From Mitosporidium daphniae (taxonomy: Eukaryota): a stretch of DNA of 50,766 bases. The position numbers were made by a program, and so were the translations under genes. Position 1 is the first letter of the stretch. Every line of letters starts with the position of its first letter. This document shows positions 47,195 to 50,766 of this stretch, piece after piece. The stretch covers positions 1 to 50,766 of the forward strand of contig NW_013546589.1 of NCBI RefSeq assembly GCF_000760515.2. The letters run 5' to 3'. The notes under the pieces were generated by a model. That model was not told the origin of the DNA, did no database searches, and was given only the letters and a program-made list of their open reading frames with translations.

Positions 47195-47693
47195 ATGGCC
47201 ATCTGCATTAGACGCTGTACCATTGACGATGTTCTTGACCTGCAAGAGTGCAATCTTATATGTCTTCCCGAAAACTACCAAATTAAATATTACATGTACC
47301 ACCTAATTGCTTGGCCACAACTCTCATACATTGCCTTAACCAGCGACGGCAAAATTGCCGGCTACGTCATGGGAAAGCTGTAAGTTTTTGTTTGTTTTTC
47401 TTAGCGAGGAAGACGACCCAAATAAAGTGACCGGCCATTTTACATCCATTGCAGTTAAAAGAGAATACCGGCGATTGGGGATCGCCGAAAAGTTGCTTCA
47501 CCAGTCCCTCAACGCCATGGCCAGCATATACAAAGTGGAGAGCATATCCCTCCACGTGCGGCAGTCAAATGTTGCTGCCATCTCGCTCTACTCCAAGAAG
47601 CTTGGATTTGAGATTTCTGAGCACGAGCCACAGTATTATGCAGATGGCGAAGATTCCTACCTCATGAAAAGAGTATTTTCATACACCCAATAG
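47195..47693 (+). CDS. NAA10: NatA catalytic subunit Naa10/Ard1, 1 intron
   Basis: [17 protein letters not shown]...[21 protein letters not shown] and YYADGED. Confidence 0.96.
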
Positions 47694-47720
47694 TTATAAA
47701 TTTATTTAGAAAACGCCAAA

Positions 47721-47780
47721 TAGCGTAGAGTAGAGCAGTGTAGTGTAATGTGATGTGATGTAATGTAATGTAATGTAGCG
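47721..47780. repeat. Degenerate pentanucleotide array, 12 units
   Basis: TAGCG TAGAG TAGAG CAGTG TAGTG TAATG TGATG TGATG TAATG TAATG TAATG TAGCG. Confidence 0.85.
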
Positions 47781-47829
47781 TTGTTGGGACGAGTTGTTCT
47801 CGCTCCCAGATTCCAAGTATGTGCAAGAG

Positions 47830-50766
47830 CTACATGAAGGGCGCCCATCCAACGTACATCCGACACAGGTTCTCAATCGATGTGGACTCTTTGATGAGCT
47901 CAGAAACTTGCCCCTCAATGGAGAGGCTTAAAATCTCTTCTGAAAACGAAAATCCAGACTTTGGAATGTTTCCAACTATCCCCCGCACCTTACACTCGAT
48001 GGAGTGAAGGATTCTGCGAGCCTCTGCGCTGTCGTTTTCAGAATTGAGCTTTGATGGCTTTCCACTCCACTCGATGATGGGATCGTACACGAAGGTTTCA
48101 AGATTTCGCAAAAGAAAAGTTCGGTTTGTCCTTATGATTTGAAGCACAATTGAACAGCATCTTTTAAAGGAGCCCTCTGTTTGGGGAATGCCCATCGCAT
48201 CGACCATGTTGTGAGTGAGTCTGAACGGGACCACTTCGGGCTTGGCAAATGCAAGGCCCTTGTCAAAAAGGCAGTTAAAGTCAACATGCACGATTTCTCC
48301 AGACACGGCGTCCAAAAGGATATTTTCGCCATGCCGATCTCCAAGCCCAATAATCCATCCAACAATACTCATAATTGCCAGGGTTTGTGTGTATTTTAGG
48401 CGAGATACCAGCCATTGATGAGGATCGCTCCACGTAAAGTAGAACCACTCGAAAAATACTTTTGGAAAAAGGGGCAGAAAATGGTCGCAAAAGATATCCC
48501 TCTCCGGTTTCTTTAGCGCCGCGATTTCTTTGAGCCGCTTTGGAGGCACCAGCATCTTTTTGGACTCATAAATGCCGTTCAAAATAGAGCGGTATGTGGT
48601 GGTGTGAGGAACCCATTCTATCAGCCCGCATTCGTCATTTAGCGGGACAGCAGCATAAGGCCGCACGGTGAGTTTTCTCTTTGAAGACTCGGCATTGCTG
48701 GACAAAAGATCGCCAATGGACATCAAATATTCCATGAACCGAGAATCTTTTCTCAAGTCATCCTTTGGCTTGCACAAAAAAATGTATGGATTTCCATTGC
48801 ATGCGTAAAAGGTAAGTTTCTTTGGCCTTTGCAGGGACAGCATGATTTCGATTTTATCCTGCATATCGACAATTAAAAGCGAATCATCAAACTTGAACTT
48901 CAAACAATGGAGATTCGGAAGCTGGATGTTAACGGGAAACAATTTCTTCAAAAACTTAAAGTCCTTTTGAAGGGATGCTGATGTAGCCGTAACCTGGGCA
49001 TTGCAAAGATGTATTAGCGCCTCGGTAAAGTTAATCCCGGTATCCACCAATGAGATCATTCCGGGAAAGACTTTTGCCGATTGTAAAATGTCATTTGCTC
49101 TGGAGGCCCTCAGCGGGTGAGAAGACCTGCTAACGCTGAGCAAGTTCCAAAGAACCGTATGCGGATAGTCCTTAAACAGAAGCAGTATGCATTTTGATAT
49201 CAAATCGGAGACACATTGGCGCTCATGACAAATGCGGCTAATTAAATGCGTAAACTGGCTGCAAAATTGAGCCGGCGTTATGCGTTCAAACAATCTGATC
49301 ACCACCTTATGGATGGACGAAAATAGCGCTTCATTTTTCACATTGAGCCAAAAAGAGAGCAACTTGGGAAAAGATTCGTTGGTCAAGCTTTTTCCGATGA
49401 TTACGACACGCGCGAAATTCTTCATCGCATTTAGTATCCATTCAATTTCTTCCCGAGAGCAGTCGCTTTGGTTGTATTTAAAATTCGAAAACAAACGCAA
49501 CTGGAAGTTTGCCAAGGCATAGTAGTTTTTTTCGTTTTTAGGGGAAAGCTGAATGGCCTCATTAAAGATCGGCAGAAGGTCATTTAGGTTGTAGGATTGG
49601 CTTGATAATTTCCATTGCGAGAGCCGTCGCCTTAGCTTGCTCTGCTGATTCCTTTCAAACTCATCGGTTTGCGATATCTTTTCAAAAGGTAGCGTGAGTT
49701 TTTGAAGCGAGTGCACAGCAGCCTCGGTCAGCTCTCTGTCCCACAAATATTTACATTGGTGATACAGCATTTGGGTTGCCTTTGGATAGATGGGCAGGCC
49801 GCACTTATTGTCGCTCACCTTTGCTTTTTCAAAGATATACCTAAACATATTGTGCAGCTTTAGGCTCCTCGTTAGCTTTAAAGATTTGATGGTGTACGGA
49901 ATCAGGGTCGAAGAATTGAAGAGCATTGATGCCAAGTAGTGGAAAAACAGGATTTTTTCCGAATTTTCGCATATCAACAGCGGAGAACTAATGTGTCCAT
50001 ATGTTTTGAGCAGCAAAGGAAGCTCTGCGTTTACGGAAAAAGTAAATAGCAAGTTGAAAAAGTTCAAGTTATTGAATCGGACCGAATGCAGAACCTGGTT
50101 ATTCTCAAGCTCAATGATCAGCGATTTGGAGAAAGAATTCAAAATGGACTTTGTGTCTGAAAGCTTTGAAAGCGCAGAGTTGAACAGCGAGGGAATGAAT
50201 TGCGTCGAACACGAACCCATTTCCAACTTCAACGGAACGTTCCAAGTTTGCAGTTTCCACGCAGCGGCAGCATATGCATCCCAAATAAACAGGGGAATCC
50301 AAGAATCCTTTGCCTGATGACAATACGAGTCCAGAAAGCAAAATGCGGACGAATATTGGTCCTGCTTGAGGTGCTTAAGGGCAATTTCATAGGCCAGAAA
50401 GTGCTTTTGCTCATTATCCTTCAAGCTTGCCTCTTGAAGCACAAGCATATCTGAGTCTTCTGAGGAAACCGGAAATAATGTGTCATAAATGCACTGGGAA
50501 GAAAACCATGCGGCGTCATCGGGAATGTCCAATTCTTTGTAAGTGTTTTTCAAATATTTAGAGGAAAAGATGCAATTTGCGCTTTCATTGTGCCTGTGTG
50601 CAAGCTCGAAAAAGTACGAGGCCTTGATAAAGTCGTTTGTTTTGTAAAAATATTTTGCCAAATCAAGCCTGGGTACAAAAGGGCTTTTGGAGATATACTC
50701 AACAAAGTCAACACACGATNCAATGCAAAGGCTTGTAAAGTAATACTGAACGACAGGAAACAGAGC
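47830..50766 (-). CDS. ATR: ATR/Mec1/Rad3 PIKK kinase, 5' part outside the window
   Basis: SLQRPKK, CKPKDDLRKD, GLGDRHGENIL, HVDFNCLF, VPFRLT and FATC MYVGWAPFM. Confidence 0.95.
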   Translation of the reverse strand, partial: ALFPVVQYYFTSLCIXSCVDFVEYISKSPFVPRLDLAKYFYKTNDFIKASYFFELAHRHNESANCIFSSKYLKNTYKELDIPDDAAWFSSQCIYDTLFPVSSEDSDMLVLQEASLKDNEQKHFLAYEIALKHLKQDQYSSAFCFLDSYCHQAKDSWIPLFIWDAYAAAAWKLQTWNVPLKLEMGSCSTQFIPSLFNSALSKLSDTKSILNSFSKSLIIELENNQVLHSVRFNNLNFFNLLFTFSVNAELPLLLKTYGHISSPLLICENSEKILFFHYLASMLFNSSTLIPYTIKSLKLTRSLKLHNMFRYIFEKAKVSDNKCGLPIYPKATQMLYHQCKYLWDRELTEAAVHSLQKLTLPFEKISQTDEFERNQQSKLRRRLSQWKLSSQSYNLNDLLPIFNEAIQLSPKNEKNYYALANFQLRLFSNFKYNQSDCSREEIEWILNAMKNFARVVIIGKSLTNESFPKLLSFWLNVKNEALFSSIHKVVIRLFERITPAQFCSQFTHLISRICHERQCVSDLISKCILLLFKDYPHTVLWNLLSVSRSSHPLRASRANDILQSAKVFPGMISLVDTGINFTEALIHLCNAQVTATSASLQKDFKFLKKLFPVNIQLPNLHCLKFKFDDSLLIVDMQDKIEIMLSLQRPKKLTFYACNGNPYIFLCKPKDDLRKDSRFMEYLMSIGDLLSSNAESSKRKLTVRPYAAVPLNDECGLIEWVPHTTTYRSILNGIYESKKMLVPPKRLKEIAALKKPERDIFCDHFLPLFPKVFFEWFYFTWSDPHQWLVSRLKYTQTLAIMSIVGWIIGLGDRHGENILLDAVSGEIVHVDFNCLFDKGLAFAKPEVVPFRLTHNMVDAMGIPQTEGSFKRCCSIVLQIIRTNRTFLLRNLETFVYDPIIEWSGKPSKLNSENDSAEARRILHSIECKVRGIVGNIPKSGFSFSEEILSLSIEGQVSELIKESTSIENLCRMYVGWAPFM

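Overview
Very gene-dense eukaryotic nuclear DNA with about 33 protein genes. Many are broken by tiny GT-AG introns (mostly 23-38 nt) that I traced by hand, so the ORF track shows them as fragments. Content is mainly housekeeping: RSP5, SGF29-like, ATG3, NDC1, Twinkle, eL33, ATAD2/Yta7-like, a MADS-box factor, NOT1, NOSIP, SNAPC1, PanK, KRR1, ARH1, BET4, uL11, COX15, SPP2, METTL16, RAI1, OTU, OXA1, COQ10, NAA10 and ATR. There is also a tRNA-Gly(GCC) and a C/D snoRNA matching snR70/SNORD43. Compaction, tiny introns, a GPI-type chitin-deacetylase-like protein and retained respiratory-mitochondrion genes suggest an early-diverging microsporidian/Rozellomycota such as Mitosporidium; this is inference, not verified. 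No transposase, CRISPR array or prokaryotic island was seen. The best leads are unannotated structured intergenic RNA candidates (30.3-30.5 kb; 40.6-40.8 kb with an Sm site), TPX2 modules apparently split over two genes, an outlier intron flanked by a direct repeat, very degenerate splice donors, and truncated or pseudo-enzyme genes. All family calls come from motif recognition, not database searches.
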